Shown: in pieces, positions 1 to 11,427 of the stretch
How the letters are laid out: the number at the start of each line of letters is the position of its first letter
Position numbering within the stretch: the first letter of the stretch is position 1
Source of the DNA: Ahrensia sp.
Lineage (GTDB): Bacteria > Pseudomonadota > Alphaproteobacteria > Rhizobiales > Rhizobiaceae
Direction of reading: 5' to 3'
NCBI GenBank assembly: GCA_028817895.1
Contig: JAPPOQ010000005.1
Span: forward strand, 98,652-162,651
Length of the DNA stretch: 64,000 nt
Notes under the pieces: model-generated
Told to the model about the DNA's origin: nothing
The model's database searches: none
The model's input: only the letters and a program-made list of their open reading frames with translations
Position numbers and translations under genes: made by a program

Positions 1-351
1 GGCTCGAAGTCCGATCTCGTGGACAGTCCAGCCACCATTGACGTGACGTTCTCCTGCGCCACTTTGAACGGGGTGCAGCCGGTGGTTGATCTGATATCAG
101 AGGTCTGCTCGGAGCGAGTGGCGCAGTCTGGATCACCCGATGCCGGTGTGGTCTTGTCACGCCAAAGGCATCGCGAATGTGTATCCACTGCGGTTAATCA
201 TGTCGCAGCCGCGATGGAACCGGGATTGGATGCAGAATTTGTGAACGAGCATTTGCGGTTGGCGTCCCACAATATCGGACAGTTGGTTGGTCATGCGGAT
301 GTTGAAGACCTGCTCGATGTGATCTTCAATGAGTTTTGTATTGGAAAATGA
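1..351 (+). CDS. mnmE: tRNA modification GTPase MnmE (TrmE), C-terminal fragment; the 5' end lies outside the window
   Basis: The reading frame is open from base 1. The C-terminus ...VIFNEFCIGK carries the conserved terminal CIGK of MnmE. mnmG-rsmG follow, as in the conserved gene order. Confidence 0.85.
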   Translation, partial: GSKSDLVDSPATIDVTFSCATLNGVQPVVDLISEVCSERVAQSGSPDAGVVLSRQRHRECVSTAVNHVAAAMEPGLDAEFVNEHLRLASHNIGQLVGHADVEDLLDVIFNEFCIGK

Positions 352-364
352 TTCACGTGAAACA
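349..364. promoter_or_regulatory. parS: parS centromere site 1 (ParB binding)
   Basis: TGATTCACGTGAAACA matches the TGTTNCACGTGAAACA parS consensus at 15/16. It overlaps the mnmE TGA stop. Confidence 0.8.
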
Positions 365-399
365 CACATTATCACTTATCATGAGTCCCATGGCCTTTT

Positions 400-415
400 C
401 GTTTCACGTGAAACG
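400..415. promoter_or_regulatory. parS: parS centromere site 2
   Basis: CGTTTCACGTGAAACG is a perfect 16-bp palindrome and matches the parS consensus at 14/16. It lies in the mnmE-mnmG spacer. Confidence 0.8.
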
Positions 416-443
416 CTGCGTCTTTCCTGGTGCGAGGTGAGTT

Positions 444-2303
444 GTGCAGAGCTTTGATGTCATTGTAATTGGTGGGGGTCATGCCGGCACCGAGGCAGCG
501 GCAGCAGCCTGTCGCATGGGAGCCAAGGTCGCTCTTGTGACCCACTCTTTCCGAACCATCGGAACCATGTCTTGCAATCCAGCAATTGGGGGATTGGGCA
601 AGGGCCATTTAGTTCGTGAGATCGATGCCCTGGATGGGCTGATGGGTCGCGTAGCCGATCAATCCGGCATTCAGTTTCGGCTTTTGAACCGGCGCAAGGG
701 ACCGGCTGTAAGAGGGCCAAGAACGCAGTCTGACCGGAAACTCTATCGTGTGGCAATGCAGGCCGAGATATCGAGCCTCGATCTGCTCAGTGTCGTTGAG
801 GGTGAGGCGGTTTCCTTTGAGGTAGCCAACGGTCGAATTGCTGGTCTTGAGCTGGCTGATGGTCGGCTGCTTAAGGCGCCCAGTGTCATCGTCACAACGG
901 GCACTTTTCTGCGTGGCCTCATTCATATGGGGGATGAGAAGATTGCAGCTGGTCGGATGGGGGAAGCTCCGGCTGTTTCCCTTGCCGATCAATTGATGGC
1001 GCTGAAGCTGCCGATGGGGCGGTTGAAGACCGGTACGCCGGCGAGACTGAATGGCAAGACAATTGACTGGGATCGGTTGGACAAGCAGGAGGCGGATGCG
1101 GAGCCGGTTCCATTCTCTACCCTGACCGAAAAGATAACAGTTCCGCAGATTGCTTGCGGCATCACGCGTACAAATGCTCGCACCCATGACATCATTCGCG
1201 ACAACATTGTTCGGTCAGCCATGTATTCGGGCCAGATCGACGGGGTGGGGCCGAGATATTGCCCATCGGTTGAAGACAAGATCGTGAAGTTCGGTGATCG
1301 TGACGGTCACCAGATCTTTTTGGAGCCCGAGGGCCTGGATGATGACACCGTTTACCCCAACGGTATATCAACCAGCCTGCCGAAAGACGTGCAGGATGCA
1401 TTCATTGCGACGATAGAGGGTCTCGAACAAGCCGAGATCCTGCAATATGGATATGCAATCGAATATGACTATGTCGACCCGCGCTGTCTCTCATCCGCGC
1501 TTGAGGTGAAGGCTTTGCCGGGCCTCTACCTTGCAGGGCAGATCAACGGGACGACAGGATATGAGGAGGCAGCCGCTCAAGGCCTGGTGGCCGGTCTCAA
1601 TGCGGCTCGTCAGGCCTCCGGTGGTTCCCCGATAATGTTCAGTCGAACCGAGTCCTATATCGGAGTGATGATTGATGATTTGACCAGACGGGGGGTCAGC
1701 GAACCCTATCGCATGTTTACGTCGCGCGCCGAATATCGATTGAGCCTTCGAGCGGACAATGCGGATCAGCGACTAACGCCCGTCGGCCTGGAGCTGTGCT
1801 GCGTTGGACGCGAAAGAACGAGCGCCTTTGAAGTTAAGAGCGGCGAACTGCAACGCGGCAAGGAGATGCTAAAGGGGCTGTCCATCACGCCACGGCGGAT
1901 GGCGGATTTCGGTATCAACGTCACACAGGATGGTGTGATGCGGACTGCCTGGACCATGCTGTCCTACAATGATGTAGATGTCCAAAAGCTAACGGAAATC
2001 TGGCCAGAATTGCGGACAATGTCGACTGACATTGCGGATCAACTTTCCATAGAGGCACGTTATGCGGTTTATGTTGAGCGTCAGGCGGCCGAGGCGAACA
2101 GTGTTCGCAGAGACGAAAACCGCAAAATTCCCGATGATTTTGATTTTGGACAGGTTCACGGACTGTCCAACGAATTGCGAGAGAAACTGGAGCAGTGGAG
2201 ACCTTCGACGATCGCACATGCCGGCGACATTGAAGGCATGACACCGGCGGCGCTCATGCTGATCATGGGGGCTTTGAAACGACTTGAGAAAAGCGCGGCA
2301 TGA
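444..2303 (+). CDS. mnmG: tRNA uridine 5-carboxymethylaminomethyl modification enzyme MnmG (GidA)
   Basis: 619 aa. The N-terminal FAD fold is [18 protein letters not shown] start is preceded by GAGGTGA. Position between mnmE and rsmG. Confidence 0.95.
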   Translation: MQSFDVIVIGGGHAGTEAAAAACRMGAKVALVTHSFRTIGTMSCNPAIGGLGKGHLVREIDALDGLMGRVADQSGIQFRLLNRRKGPAVRGPRTQSDRKLYRVAMQAEISSLDLLSVVEGEAVSFEVANGRIAGLELADGRLLKAPSVIVTTGTFLRGLIHMGDEKIAAGRMGEAPAVSLADQLMALKLPMGRLKTGTPARLNGKTIDWDRLDKQEADAEPVPFSTLTEKITVPQIACGITRTNARTHDIIRDNIVRSAMYSGQIDGVGPRYCPSVEDKIVKFGDRDGHQIFLEPEGLDDDTVYPNGISTSLPKDVQDAFIATIEGLEQAEILQYGYAIEYDYVDPRCLSSALEVKALPGLYLAGQINGTTGYEEAAAQGLVAGLNAARQASGGSPIMFSRTESYIGVMIDDLTRRGVSEPYRMFTSRAEYRLSLRADNADQRLTPVGLELCCVGRERTSAFEVKSGELQRGKEMLKGLSITPRRMADFGINVTQDGVMRTAWTMLSYNDVDVQKLTEIWPELRTMSTDIADQLSIEARYAVYVERQAAEANSVRRDENRKIPDDFDFGQVHGLSNELREKLEQWRPSTIAHAGDIEGMTPAALMLIMGALKRLEKSAA

Positions 2304-2950
2304 CCTTTAGAACGTCGGGCCTCGACGTTTCACGTGAAACAAGCGAGAGGCTGGCCATCTACTTCGACCTATTGTTGCAATGGAACAAGCGGATAAATCT
2401 GATCGGGCGCGGCACTATTGCCGATATCAGGGATCGCCATATGGCTGACAGCCTCCAACTGCGTCCGTTCCTGCGGGCGCGGGAAGAGGCCGTCGATTTG
2501 GGGAGTGGGGCCGGTTTTCCAGGGGTGGTCATTGCCATGATGCTTGCAGAGCAGGGCGGGGGAAGCGTGACGATGATCGAAGCGACCGCCAAGAAATGCG
2601 CCTTTCTGCGTGAAGTGGTTCGTCAGACCGATCTGAATTCGACAGATTTTTCAGTTACGATTTTGAATGGGAGAATCGAACAAGCATTCCTGAATGCTCG
2701 AGTTGCCACTCTGATAACAGCGCGGGCTTTGGCATCCCTGGATATGCTCTTCGAAATGTGCGCCGACGCGATAACGGGTGAAACGCGGGCCTTGTTTCAC
2801 AAGGGTGAGCGTTTTCAGGAGGAAATCAGTGCAGCGCAGAAGCGCTGGCGATTTGAGCATGAAGCGCATAGGTCTGCCGTCAACCAACAATCGGTGATAC
2901 TGGAAATCACGCAGTTGAGGCGTCGCTCAATGGATGAGCAGGCAACATGA
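2300..2950 (+). CDS. rsmG: 16S rRNA (guanine527-N7)-methyltransferase RsmG (GidB)
   Basis: 216 aa with the SAM-binding motif [14 protein letters not shown] overlaps with both mnmG and parA. Confidence 0.93.
   Translation: MTFRTSGLDVSRETSERLAIYFDLLLQWNKRINLIGRGTIADIRDRHMADSLQLRPFLRAREEAVDLGSGAGFPGVVIAMMLAEQGGGSVTMIEATAKKCAFLREVVRQTDLNSTDFSVTILNGRIEQAFLNARVATLITARALASLDMLFEMCADAITGETRALFHKGERFQEEISAAQKRWRFEHEAHRSAVNQQSVILEITQLRRRSMDEQAT
2326..2341. promoter_or_regulatory. parS: parS centromere site 3 (inside the rsmG coding sequence)
   Basis: CGTTTCACGTGAAACA matches the consensus at 15/16. It encodes the DVSRET segment of RsmG. Confidence 0.75.
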
Positions 2951-3756
2951 AAGACCCACACCCCATGCGCGTCATCGCCCTGGCCAATCAGAAGGGGGGC
3001 GTGGGAAAGACAACAACGGCTATCAATTTGGCCACGGCGCTTGCAGCCATTGGCGAAAAAGTACTGCTTCTCGATCTTGATCCTCAGGGCAACGCCAGCA
3101 CCGGGCTAGGTGTCCCCAAGGACGAGCGAGAACCTTCGAGCTACGATTTGCTTCTCGCCGAGCGACCCTTGTCGGACGTTTCGCAAGAAACCGCCATTCC
3201 GAGGCTCCACATCGCGCCAGCCACTCTTGATCTGCTGGGTTTGGAGATGGACATCGCTCAGTCTCCTGACCGTGCATTCAGGCTCAAAAAGGCACTTGCG
3301 GCTCACAGCGGTGGCGATCCACAATTCAGCTATGTGTTGATCGATTGTCCGCCTTCATTGAATCTATTGACCCTAAATGCTCTTGCGGCATCTGAGGCCA
3401 TTCTCGTTCCACTGCAAACCGAGTTCTTCGCGCTTGAGGGCCTGAGTCAGCTTATGCAAACGGTTGAGCACGTGCGTTCGACTTTGAACCCCCAGCTCGA
3501 TATCCTCGGCGTGGTTCTGACAATGGCGGATCAACGCAACAGACTCACGACGCAAGTCGAAAAAGACGTTCGCGAAACGCTGGGTGATCTTGTCTACAAA
3601 ACAATCATACCGCGCAATGTGCGCGTTTCGGAAGCTCCATCCTTCGGCAAACCGGTCCTGCTCTACGATATGAATTGTCCCGGCAGCAAAGCCTATTTGC
3701 AGCTTGCCTCAGAGATTATCAGGCGCGAAAAGGCGTTGAATGCTCACGATCAATAG
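2947..3756 (+). CDS. parA: chromosome partitioning ATPase ParA
   Basis: Deviant Walker A NQKGGVGKTT; 269 aa; directly upstream of parB. The start could instead be the Met at 2965. Confidence 0.95.
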   Translation: MKDPHPMRVIALANQKGGVGKTTTAINLATALAAIGEKVLLLDLDPQGNASTGLGVPKDEREPSSYDLLLAERPLSDVSQETAIPRLHIAPATLDLLGLEMDIAQSPDRAFRLKKALAAHSGGDPQFSYVLIDCPPSLNLLTLNALAASEAILVPLQTEFFALEGLSQLMQTVEHVRSTLNPQLDILGVVLTMADQRNRLTTQVEKDVRETLGDLVYKTIIPRNVRVSEAPSFGKPVLLYDMNCPGSKAYLQLASEIIRREKALNAHDQ

Positions 3757-3789
3757 CCGTGATGATGTCGGCAAGAACGAGGAAACAAC

Positions 3790-4692
3790 ATGCAGGATGA
3801 TCCATCCAAAAAACGCCTAGGTCGCGGACTGGCAGCTTTGATCGGTGAGATGGACCAACCTCTGGCTGTCGCCACTCCTCAATCCAAGCCTGCGCTCTCG
3901 GCCAGCGACCGATTGGTTGCAATTGAATCCGTCACGCCCAACAGAGCAAACCCAAGACTGGATTTTGATGACGAAGAGCTGGAGGAACTGGCGCGCTCCA
4001 TAAAGGCTCATGGCGTGGTGCAGCCCATATTGGTGCGACCAGCGGGGTCTTCTAACCACGAGTGGGAAATCATTGCGGGGGAAAGGCGATGGCGTGCCGC
4101 TCAACGAGCAGAACTGCACGAAGTTCCGATTGTCATTCGAGAGGTCAATGATCGTCAATCACTTGAATTGGCGTTGATTGAGAACGTCCAACGCAGCAAT
4201 CTCAACGCAATCGAGGAGGCGAAGGGCTACAGCCAGTTGATGGAGGAGCACGGATATACACAGCAGGAACTGGCTAAGGAAATCGGCAAGAGCCGAAGCC
4301 ACATCGCAAACGTGCTGCGGCTCATGAAACTGCCCCAGAAAGTGCAGGATATGGTGACCAGCGGTGACTTGTCATCCGGCCATGCGCGAGCGCTGATCGG
4401 TCATGACGATTGCGAGCCGCTGGCGGACAAGATCGTGTCCGACGGTCTCTCCGTCCGCGAGGCGGAACGATTGGCTGCTGGTCAGGATGGAGCGAACAAA
4501 ATTGTATGGGAGAGGGGCCGCCGTGACAAGCAGCGGAGGTCTGCCGACACGTTGGCGCTCGAAGACAGGCTGACGCAATATCTGGGCCTGAAGACGGCAA
4601 TCAAGGAGGGCCGGGGTGAAACCGGCCGCGTCAGCATATCCTATCGAGACCTCGATCAGTTGGATGGCTTGGTTCAACGTCTTCTGAAATAG
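3790..4692 (+). CDS. parB: chromosome partitioning protein ParB (CTPase, parS-binding)
   Basis: The GERRWRAA arginine patch and an HTH segment are present; 300 aa; follows parA. Confidence 0.95.
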   Translation: MQDDPSKKRLGRGLAALIGEMDQPLAVATPQSKPALSASDRLVAIESVTPNRANPRLDFDDEELEELARSIKAHGVVQPILVRPAGSSNHEWEIIAGERRWRAAQRAELHEVPIVIREVNDRQSLELALIENVQRSNLNAIEEAKGYSQLMEEHGYTQQELAKEIGKSRSHIANVLRLMKLPQKVQDMVTSGDLSSGHARALIGHDDCEPLADKIVSDGLSVREAERLAAGQDGANKIVWERGRRDKQRRSADTLALEDRLTQYLGLKTAIKEGRGETGRVSISYRDLDQLDGLVQRLLK

Positions 4693-4702
4693 GGTGGCGC
4701 CT

Positions 4703-5740
4703 CTACCGCCGCTGCCTCGCAGCTTGAAGAGACACTGCCAACAAGGCCGTTCTGAAAAGCTGCTCGGCAAGTTCCGGTTTGCTTCGGCTTTCAAGGGAGA
4801 CCTTTTCCAGGCGAGAGAGTACGTCAACCAGACCTTGTGATGACCAGGCTTTGAGAGCTGCTTCAAAACTCGCCCGGCGCGAGAAGTGAACGGGTGGGCG
4901 CGACCCGCCGATTACCTTGGCAATGGTTTGGCCGGATGCTCGCATCGACTGGGCCAAAGCATGCAGCATCTGCACATGCCGTTGGACCGCACCGATCATC
5001 GCCTGAACGTTCTGGCCACGGGCGATGAGCCGACGCACAAGCCGATCCGAAGCCTCAGTATTTCCAGTCAGTGTTGCATCTGCAAGTGCATTGAGATCAG
5101 ATGCCCCAAGATCGCCGAACAAGGTCTCGATATCTGCAAGATCAATCGATTCGGACCCGTAAGCGTATAGAGCAAGCTTATCCAACTCGGATTTTGTGGC
5201 GAGCCGGTCGTCTCCAAAGGCATTGAGGAGCCATTCCTTCGCATCTGGCTCAATCCTTTGGCTCGTTTTCGCAAACGCTTCATCGACCAGACTAGCAATA
5301 TCACGCGCGGAATCCGGATAGCACGGAACGGTCAAAGCGTTTGATGCTTTTTCGATTCGGCTCCGCAACGGACTGGACTTCTTCAGGTCTCCACCTTCAA
5401 TGATGAGTGTGCAGTCATCGGCGGGCTGATCGATGAGGCCTTGCAGCGCTGTCACTATATTGCGGTTGGTGCTGCCCTGAATCCAAACCACGCGGTGCCC
5501 ACCAAACATAGATACAGCGTAGGCTTCGTCCGCAACCAGTGCTGGATCACTCGCGACAGCATCAGCGGTCAGTTTAACAGTCGTCAGCGGATCGGACATA
5601 TCGGCTCCGCTGGCCAGCGCAAGCGTTCTGGCTGCATCTGCCACGCCGCCAATGTCGGGGCCATAGATCAGATAGGTCTGGTAGAAAGGAGTCGGCCTGG
5701 TGAGGTACTGCTCAACGTCCCGGGCTTTTAGAGCTGCCAT
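4703..5740 (-). CDS. holA: DNA polymerase III delta subunit HolA
   Basis: 345 aa. Lies in the conserved leuS-lptE-holA arrangement, with an N-terminal YLIYGPD-type delta signature. Confidence 0.85.
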   Translation of the reverse strand: MAALKARDVEQYLTRPTPFYQTYLIYGPDIGGVADAARTLALASGADMSDPLTTVKLTADAVASDPALVADEAYAVSMFGGHRVVWIQGSTNRNIVTALQGLIDQPADDCTLIIEGGDLKKSSPLRSRIEKASNALTVPCYPDSARDIASLVDEAFAKTSQRIEPDAKEWLLNAFGDDRLATKSELDKLALYAYGSESIDLADIETLFGDLGASDLNALADATLTGNTEASDRLVRRLIARGQNVQAMIGAVQRHVQMLHALAQSMRASGQTIAKVIGGSRPPVHFSRRASFEAALKAWSSQGLVDVLSRLEKVSLESRSKPELAEQLFRTALLAVSLQAARQRR

Positions 5741-5746
5741 TGATCG

Positions 5747-6280
5747 TCAGAGCTGGGCGATATCTTGCGCGATGGCCAGCCTGAGCAGTTCTGCAATCTC
5801 CTGTGCAGCGCGGTTCTGTGCATCGCGCTGCGCTCGTTTGTTTGAGAGGCTTTGCGGCGTGCGATCATATGCAGCCAAGGACTGACGCCTCCCAAAGGCG
5901 ACAACTTGGCCATTGGATTTGTCAACGAGCTCATAACTGGCACGTACGCTCACCTGAGCGGAAGTCGGCGCGAGGCTGTTGGACTCAATGGACAGTGTAC
6001 GCGTGAATGTGCGCACATCCAGGGCGACCCGATATTGTCCGCCTTCCTGCAACTCGCCTCCATTCATGGCAAAGAGCAGCCTGTTGCGCACCTGTTGAGC
6101 GGTGCGGTCGTTTACTGGGTCAACGTCCGTGGCTTTCAATATGTCGGAAACGCCAGCTGCGACATTGCCGGAAACAAGGGCAGAATTGCTGCGCGCAGCG
6201 TTGAGCGGTTCCACCGTGCATCCTGCAATCATGGGCAGCAGAGCAAGCAGACCAGCGCAGACAGATCTACACGACAACAT
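5747..6280 (-). CDS. lptE: LPS-assembly lipoprotein LptE
   Basis: Lipoprotein signal with lipobox LPMIAG-C; 177 aa; sits between leuS and holA and overlaps the leuS stop by 14 nt. Confidence 0.8.
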   Translation of the reverse strand: MLSCRSVCAGLLALLPMIAGCTVEPLNAARSNSALVSGNVAAGVSDILKATDVDPVNDRTAQQVRNRLLFAMNGGELQEGGQYRVALDVRTFTRTLSIESNSLAPTSAQVSVRASYELVDKSNGQVVAFGRRQSLAAYDRTPQSLSNKRAQRDAQNRAAQEIAELLRLAIAQDIAQL

Positions 6281-8864
6281 TGACGATCCTTCCAGGCACC
6301 ACTATCACCTTTCTGGGTGAATTACCAGAAAGCGCCGAACGAACAAAATCCTGCTCCAGAACGTGAGCCTCGACAAGGTCTGGTTCGGCATCTGGTGAAA
6401 CGGATATCTCACCCTTCTTTTTGCCGTTGATCTGAACCGGCAACACGATCTCTTCGGCCACCAGCAAACTTTCATCAAAATCAGGCCACGCGGCTGCGCT
6501 GACGAGATCTTGATGCCCCAAGACCCGCCAGCATTCTTCCGCCAGATGCGGCATCATCGGCGCAATCATTTGAACCGTGATGGTCATCGCCTCTGCAAGC
6601 GTGGCCCGGGTGACCTTGGCAGTGCGCATCGCCTGTTCAATCGCATTGACCAAAGTGTAGATCTGCGCAACGGCAGCGTTGTAGCGCAAGCCAGGGATCA
6701 TTTCGTCAACATTGGACAAAGCCAGATGCGTCGCTCGCCGGAGTTGCATGTTGGCCTCATCGTCTCCGGTACTTTCCGGCAAATTCGCAATCGCCCCGAC
6801 AAGCCGCCAGACGCGCTGAACGAAGCGATGTGCACCTTCCACGCCAGCCGACGTCCAGATCACATCCCGGTCCGGCGGAGAATCCGATAAGACGAACCAG
6901 CGCGCCGTGTCGGCCCCATAGGTTTCGATGATGTCGTCGGGGTCCACGGTATTGCGCTTGGATTTTGACATCTTTTCGATGCCGCCAATCGGCACTTCGG
7001 CTCCATTGTCCTTGCGAAACGCGCGTCGCCCATTGGCCCCCTCCTCAATGGAGAGCTCGGCTGGCTGAAACCAGCCCATATCCTTGTCACCGTAGATTTC
7101 GTGGACGACCATGCCTTGGGTGAACAGGCCTTTGAATGGCTCCTTCACATTCAAATGGCCGGTGATGGACATGGCGCGAGCAAAGAAGCGCGAATAGAGC
7201 AGATGCAGAATCGCGTGTTCAATACCGCCAATGTACTGATCCACCGGCAGCCACCGATTCGCAGCCGAAACATTGGTTGGCGTCTGGACCGTATTGTCTG
7301 CAAACCGGGCAAAGTACCACGATGAATCTACGAATGTGTCCATCGTGTCGGTCTCGCGCTTGGCGTCGCTGCCGCATTTGGGGCAGGCGACGTTACGCCA
7401 AGTCGGGTGTCGGTTGAGCGGATTCCCCGGTTGGTCGAAGGACACATCATCCGGCAGCGTTACCGGCAAATCCGCCTTTGGTACGGGGACCACGCCACAT
7501 GTCTCGCAATGGATGATGGGAATTGGACAGCCCCAATAGCGCTGGCGTGAAACACCCCAATCGCGCAACCGAAACTGAACCGTTCCTCTGCCAATGCCTC
7601 TCTCTTCGGCCCAGGCGATGGTGGCTTCGATGGCATCCTGACCCGTCGCAACGTCCAGACCGGCGGGCTGATTGATCCAGCGCACCGTCTGCGTTTTGGG
7701 CGGCACGAACGCTGTGTCAGCGACGTTCGACGGATCGTCCATCGCAACGAAAGTGTCGATAACTGGCAAGCCATATTTGCGGGCAAAATCCAGATCGCGC
7801 TGATCGTGAGCGGGACATGCGAAAATCGCACCGGTTCCGTAGCCCATGACAACGAAATTGGCGACATAGACCGGCAGGGTCTGATCGTCATACAACGGAT
7901 GACGAACCTTCAAACCCGTGTCGAATCCGCGTTTCTCCGCCTTCTCCAATTCCTCTTCCGAAGTGCCGGAGCGGCGCACATTAACATTGAACTCGGCCAG
8001 TTCTGCATTGTCTTTCGCCAATGCCACGGACAGCGGATGTTCCGGCGCCAGGGCGATGAAGCTCGCGCCAGCCAGTGTGTCCGGTCGGGTCGTGTAGATA
8101 TCGATGCCATCATGTCCGGCCACGGCTTGCGTGAGCTCGAACGTCATTTCCAGACCATGCGACTTGCCGATCCAGTTGGCCTGCATCAGCTTGACCTTGT
8201 CGGGCCAGTTATCGAGCGTGTCGAGTGCGCTCAGCAATTCGTCGGAGAAGTCCGAAATCTTGAAAAACCACTGCGTGAGTTCGCGCTGCTCCACAGCCGC
8301 GCCCGACCGCCAGCCCTTGCCGTCAATGACCTGCTCATTGGCCAACACGGTCATGTCGACGGGATCCCAATTCACCTTCGCATTCTTGCGATAGACCAGT
8401 CTGGCCTCCAGAAAATCCAGAAACAGGCTCTGTTGCTGGTGGTAGTAATCGACATCACAGGTTGCGAATTCGCGTGACCAATCCAGCGACAACCCCATCG
8501 ATTGCAGTTGCCCTTTCATTGCTTCGATGTTGGCATAGGTCCAAGTGCCGGGATGCGTCTTGTTGGCCATGGCGGCGTTCTCGGCAGGCATGCCGAACGC
8601 GTCCCAGCCCATAGGGTGCAGCACTTCGAAACCCTTGGCGCGCTTGTAGCGCGCGATCACATCGCCCATCGCATAATTGCGCACATGGCCCATATGGATG
8701 CGGCCAGAGGGGTAGGGAAACATCTCCAACACATAGTAGGTCGGTTTGCCCTCCTCCGGTTCGCTGGAAGCCTCAAATAGCTTTGCTTCGCTCCAACGCG
8801 CTTGCCATTTGGCTTCTACCGATTTGGCGTCGTAACGCTCGCTTGCCATTACCTGAGACTTCAT
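6267..8864 (-). CDS. leuS: leucine--tRNA ligase
   Basis: Class I HIGH-type motif ([11 protein letters not shown]) and KMSKS (EKMSKSKRN); 865 aa. The start may be the Met at 8849. Confidence 0.96.
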   Translation of the reverse strand: MKSQVMASERYDAKSVEAKWQARWSEAKLFEASSEPEEGKPTYYVLEMFPYPSGRIHMGHVRNYAMGDVIARYKRAKGFEVLHPMGWDAFGMPAENAAMANKTHPGTWTYANIEAMKGQLQSMGLSLDWSREFATCDVDYYHQQQSLFLDFLEARLVYRKNAKVNWDPVDMTVLANEQVIDGKGWRSGAAVEQRELTQWFFKISDFSDELLSALDTLDNWPDKVKLMQANWIGKSHGLEMTFELTQAVAGHDGIDIYTTRPDTLAGASFIALAPEHPLSVALAKDNAELAEFNVNVRRSGTSEEELEKAEKRGFDTGLKVRHPLYDDQTLPVYVANFVVMGYGTGAIFACPAHDQRDLDFARKYGLPVIDTFVAMDDPSNVADTAFVPPKTQTVRWINQPAGLDVATGQDAIEATIAWAEERGIGRGTVQFRLRDWGVSRQRYWGCPIPIIHCETCGVVPVPKADLPVTLPDDVSFDQPGNPLNRHPTWRNVACPKCGSDAKRETDTMDTFVDSSWYFARFADNTVQTPTNVSAANRWLPVDQYIGGIEHAILHLLYSRFFARAMSITGHLNVKEPFKGLFTQGMVVHEIYGDKDMGWFQPAELSIEEGANGRRAFRKDNGAEVPIGGIEKMSKSKRNTVDPDDIIETYGADTARWFVLSDSPPDRDVIWTSAGVEGAHRFVQRVWRLVGAIANLPESTGDDEANMQLRRATHLALSNVDEMIPGLRYNAAVAQIYTLVNAIEQAMRTAKVTRATLAEAMTITVQMIAPMMPHLAEECWRVLGHQDLVSAAAWPDFDESLLVAEEIVLPVQINGKKKGEISVSPDAEPDLVEAHVLEQDFVRSALSGNSPRKVIVVPGRIVNVVV

Positions 8865-8943
8865 TGAAACGGGGAAGAACGCGCGCTAGTCACCAGAATT
8901 GCTGGGTAAGGTCAACAGGCGCGAATTTGCGGGAAGCGTATCC

Positions 8944-9591
8944 ATGTCTCATGCCAATCTTGAACAGGTGAAGCGAAGAATCGAAGCCGCTTCTGCGAGC
9001 GAACCAGACGTCACGCTGATCGCCGTATCCAAAACATTTGGCGCAGAAGACATCGCTCCCGTTCTTGACGCCGGTCATCGCATCTTCGGTGAAAATCGGG
9101 TTCAGGAAGCGCAAGGCAAATGGCCGCAATTGCAACAGCGTTACAACGGCGTTGAACTGCATCTGATCGGACCCTTGCAGTCCAACAAGGCGGCTGCCGC
9201 TGTGGCGCTGTTTGACGTTATCCAAACTGTTGACCGCGAAAAGATTGCCAAAGCGCTGGCCAGTGAAATGCGTAAGCAGAACAAGCACCCATCGCTTTTT
9301 GTTCAGGTCAACACAGGGGAGGAGCCGCAAAAGGCTGGTATCCCGCCGCAGAATACATCGGCCTTTGTTGAACGCTGTCGGGATGCTCATGGCCTCACCA
9401 TCGATGGGCTAATGTGCATCCCACCGTTTGACGAGAATCCAGGCCCGCATTTCGCCTTATTGCGCAAACTCGCTCGCGAGTGCGCATTGGAGAAACTGTC
9501 CATGGGTATGTCAAGCGATTTTGAAACCGCCATCGCTTTTGGCGCCACCCATGTGCGTGTGGGCAGCGCGATTTTTGGAAGTCGAGGCTGA
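8944..9591 (+). CDS. yggS: YggS-family pyridoxal-phosphate homeostasis protein
   Basis: Contains the PLP-lysine motif LIAVSKTF; about 215 aa from the ATG at 8944. The listed ORF begins 15 codons earlier. Confidence 0.88.
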   Translation: MSHANLEQVKRRIEAASASEPDVTLIAVSKTFGAEDIAPVLDAGHRIFGENRVQEAQGKWPQLQQRYNGVELHLIGPLQSNKAAAAVALFDVIQTVDREKIAKALASEMRKQNKHPSLFVQVNTGEEPQKAGIPPQNTSAFVERCRDAHGLTIDGLMCIPPFDENPGPHFALLRKLARECALEKLSMGMSSDFETAIAFGATHVRVGSAIFGSRG

Positions 9592-9611
9592 TCTGGCAGG
9601 ACCGTGGCGGG

Positions 9612-11255
9612 TCAGCTGCGGAACCGGTCCCGCAAAACAAATTTTTGAATTTTGCCTGTGCTGGTTTTCGGTAGCTCCTCGAAAATCACCGTCTTGGGGC
9701 ATTTGAAGCCCGCAAGATGCTCGCGGCAAAAGGCGATGATCTCGGCTTCGGTCGGGTTACGTCCCGGTTTCAGCTCGACAAAGGCGCAGGGTGTTTCGCC
9801 CCACTTCTCATCTGGCTTTGCAACCACCGCTGCTGCGAGCACGTCCTCGTGACGATAGAGCACCCCTTCGACTTCAACCGATGAGATGTTCTCGCCGCCT
9901 GAAATGATGATGTCCTTCGAACGGTCCTTGATCTGGAGATAGCCACTGGGGTGCATAACGGCGAGATCGCCGGAATGGAACCAGCCACCCGCGAACGCCG
10001 CTTCTGTTGCCTTGGGGTTTTTGAGATAGCCCTTCATGACGACATTGCCGCGCATCATGATTTCGCCCATCGTCTCACCGTCTGCCGGAACGGGTTCCAT
10101 GGTCTCGGGATCAGCGACCATCGCATCTTCCAGCATGGCATAGCGCACGCCTTGTCGCGCCTTCATCTGAGCGCGCATGTCCTGGTCGAGATCGGCCCAT
10201 TCTTCCTGAACAAGGCATTCCACGACATGGCCGTAGGTTTCGGTCAGTCCATAGACATGGGTGAGTTCGAACCCGGCACTGCTCATCGCTTCAAGAACAG
10301 ATGGCGGCGGCGGCGCAGCGGCAGTGTAGACGCGAACACGCCAGTCAAAGCTGCGTCGTTCGGCGTCATCAGCATTGATCAGCATTGAGAGCACGGTCGG
10401 AGCGCCGTTGAAATGCGTCACGCGATGACGAGCGATGTTGTCGTACAGCGCAGCGCCAGTGATGTTGCGCACGAGAACCGTCATGCCGCCAACAATCGCC
10501 AGAGCCCAGGCATGGCCCCAACCGTTGCAATGAAACAAGGGAACGACCGACATGTGGACGGGAAAGTCGCCCGGCCGTTCGCCCGTCATGGGCCAAGCGG
10601 CAACGGTTCCCATCGCGACCAGATACGCGCCACGGTGATGCACCACGACACCTTTGGGGTCGCTCGTTGTGCCCGACGTATAGTTCAGCGAAATAGCGTC
10701 CCATTCATCCAACGGCATAGACCATTGGTGAGTCGCGTCACCTTTCTGAAGAAACGCCTCATAGTCAGTTGAGCCGAGCCGTTCGCCCTCTGGCTCGCCC
10801 GTCTCCAGATCGACAATATCGATGACCAGAAGTTCTGGATCATCCACCGCCTTGAGCGCTTTGGAGACTTGCGGTGCAAAGCGTGTATCGGTGATGAGAA
10901 CTTTCGCTTCGCCATGTTTGAGAATGAAAGCGATCGTTTCAGCATCAAGGCGAATGTTGATCGGATTCAGCACCGCCCCAGACATGGGTACCGCAAAGGT
11001 CGCCTCAAAGATTTCGGGAATATTGGGTGCGATGATTGCGACCGTGTCTCCCTTGCCGATACCGGAAGCCGCCAGCGCTCCAGCGAAGCGCACGCATCTC
11101 TCATAGACTTCACCCCAGCTTCTTCGTGTCTTCCCGTAGACATAGGCTGGCCGTTGACCGAAAACGTCGCGCGCGCGGCGGAAGAAACTCAAGGGGGTCA
11201 GTGGCGCATAATTCGCATCGCACCGATCAAGCCCGTTGTCGTAAGGGGAAGTCAT
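9612..11255 (-). CDS. AMP-dependent acyl-CoA synthetase/ligase (substrate unknown)
   Basis: AMP-binding signature LNYTSGTTSDPKGVV, plus the GWFHSGD and KDIIISGGENIS motifs. Start placed at MTSPYDNG. Confidence 0.88.
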   Translation of the reverse strand: MTSPYDNGLDRCDANYAPLTPLSFFRRARDVFGQRPAYVYGKTRRSWGEVYERCVRFAGALAASGIGKGDTVAIIAPNIPEIFEATFAVPMSGAVLNPINIRLDAETIAFILKHGEAKVLITDTRFAPQVSKALKAVDDPELLVIDIVDLETGEPEGERLGSTDYEAFLQKGDATHQWSMPLDEWDAISLNYTSGTTSDPKGVVVHHRGAYLVAMGTVAAWPMTGERPGDFPVHMSVVPLFHCNGWGHAWALAIVGGMTVLVRNITGAALYDNIARHRVTHFNGAPTVLSMLINADDAERRSFDWRVRVYTAAAPPPPSVLEAMSSAGFELTHVYGLTETYGHVVECLVQEEWADLDQDMRAQMKARQGVRYAMLEDAMVADPETMEPVPADGETMGEIMMRGNVVMKGYLKNPKATEAAFAGGWFHSGDLAVMHPSGYLQIKDRSKDIIISGGENISSVEVEGVLYRHEDVLAAAVVAKPDEKWGETPCAFVELKPGRNPTEAEIIAFCREHLAGFKCPKTVIFEELPKTSTGKIQKFVLRDRFRS

Positions 11256-11427
11256 AGCAGAGGGTCCTTCAAAACAGTCGCGCAAATCTATGGGAAGAGG
11301 TGCCCTCCGAAAAGATGGTTTGATCGTTCACTGGTGGTCGGTGAAAGCCAAGGCCGTTAAGCATGTCTCTATACAGCCGGGTAATCTGATAAGGTTAAGC
11401 TAGCTGCGCACTCATTGAGATGAGGAG

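Noticed and set aside
364-383. DnaA boxes or oriC between the two intergenic parS sites (TTATCACTTATCAT)
   Set aside because: There are only two partial matches to TTATCCACA, no AT-rich unwinding element, and a spacer of only 92 bp. Alphaproteobacterial origins are usually elsewhere (the hemE region).
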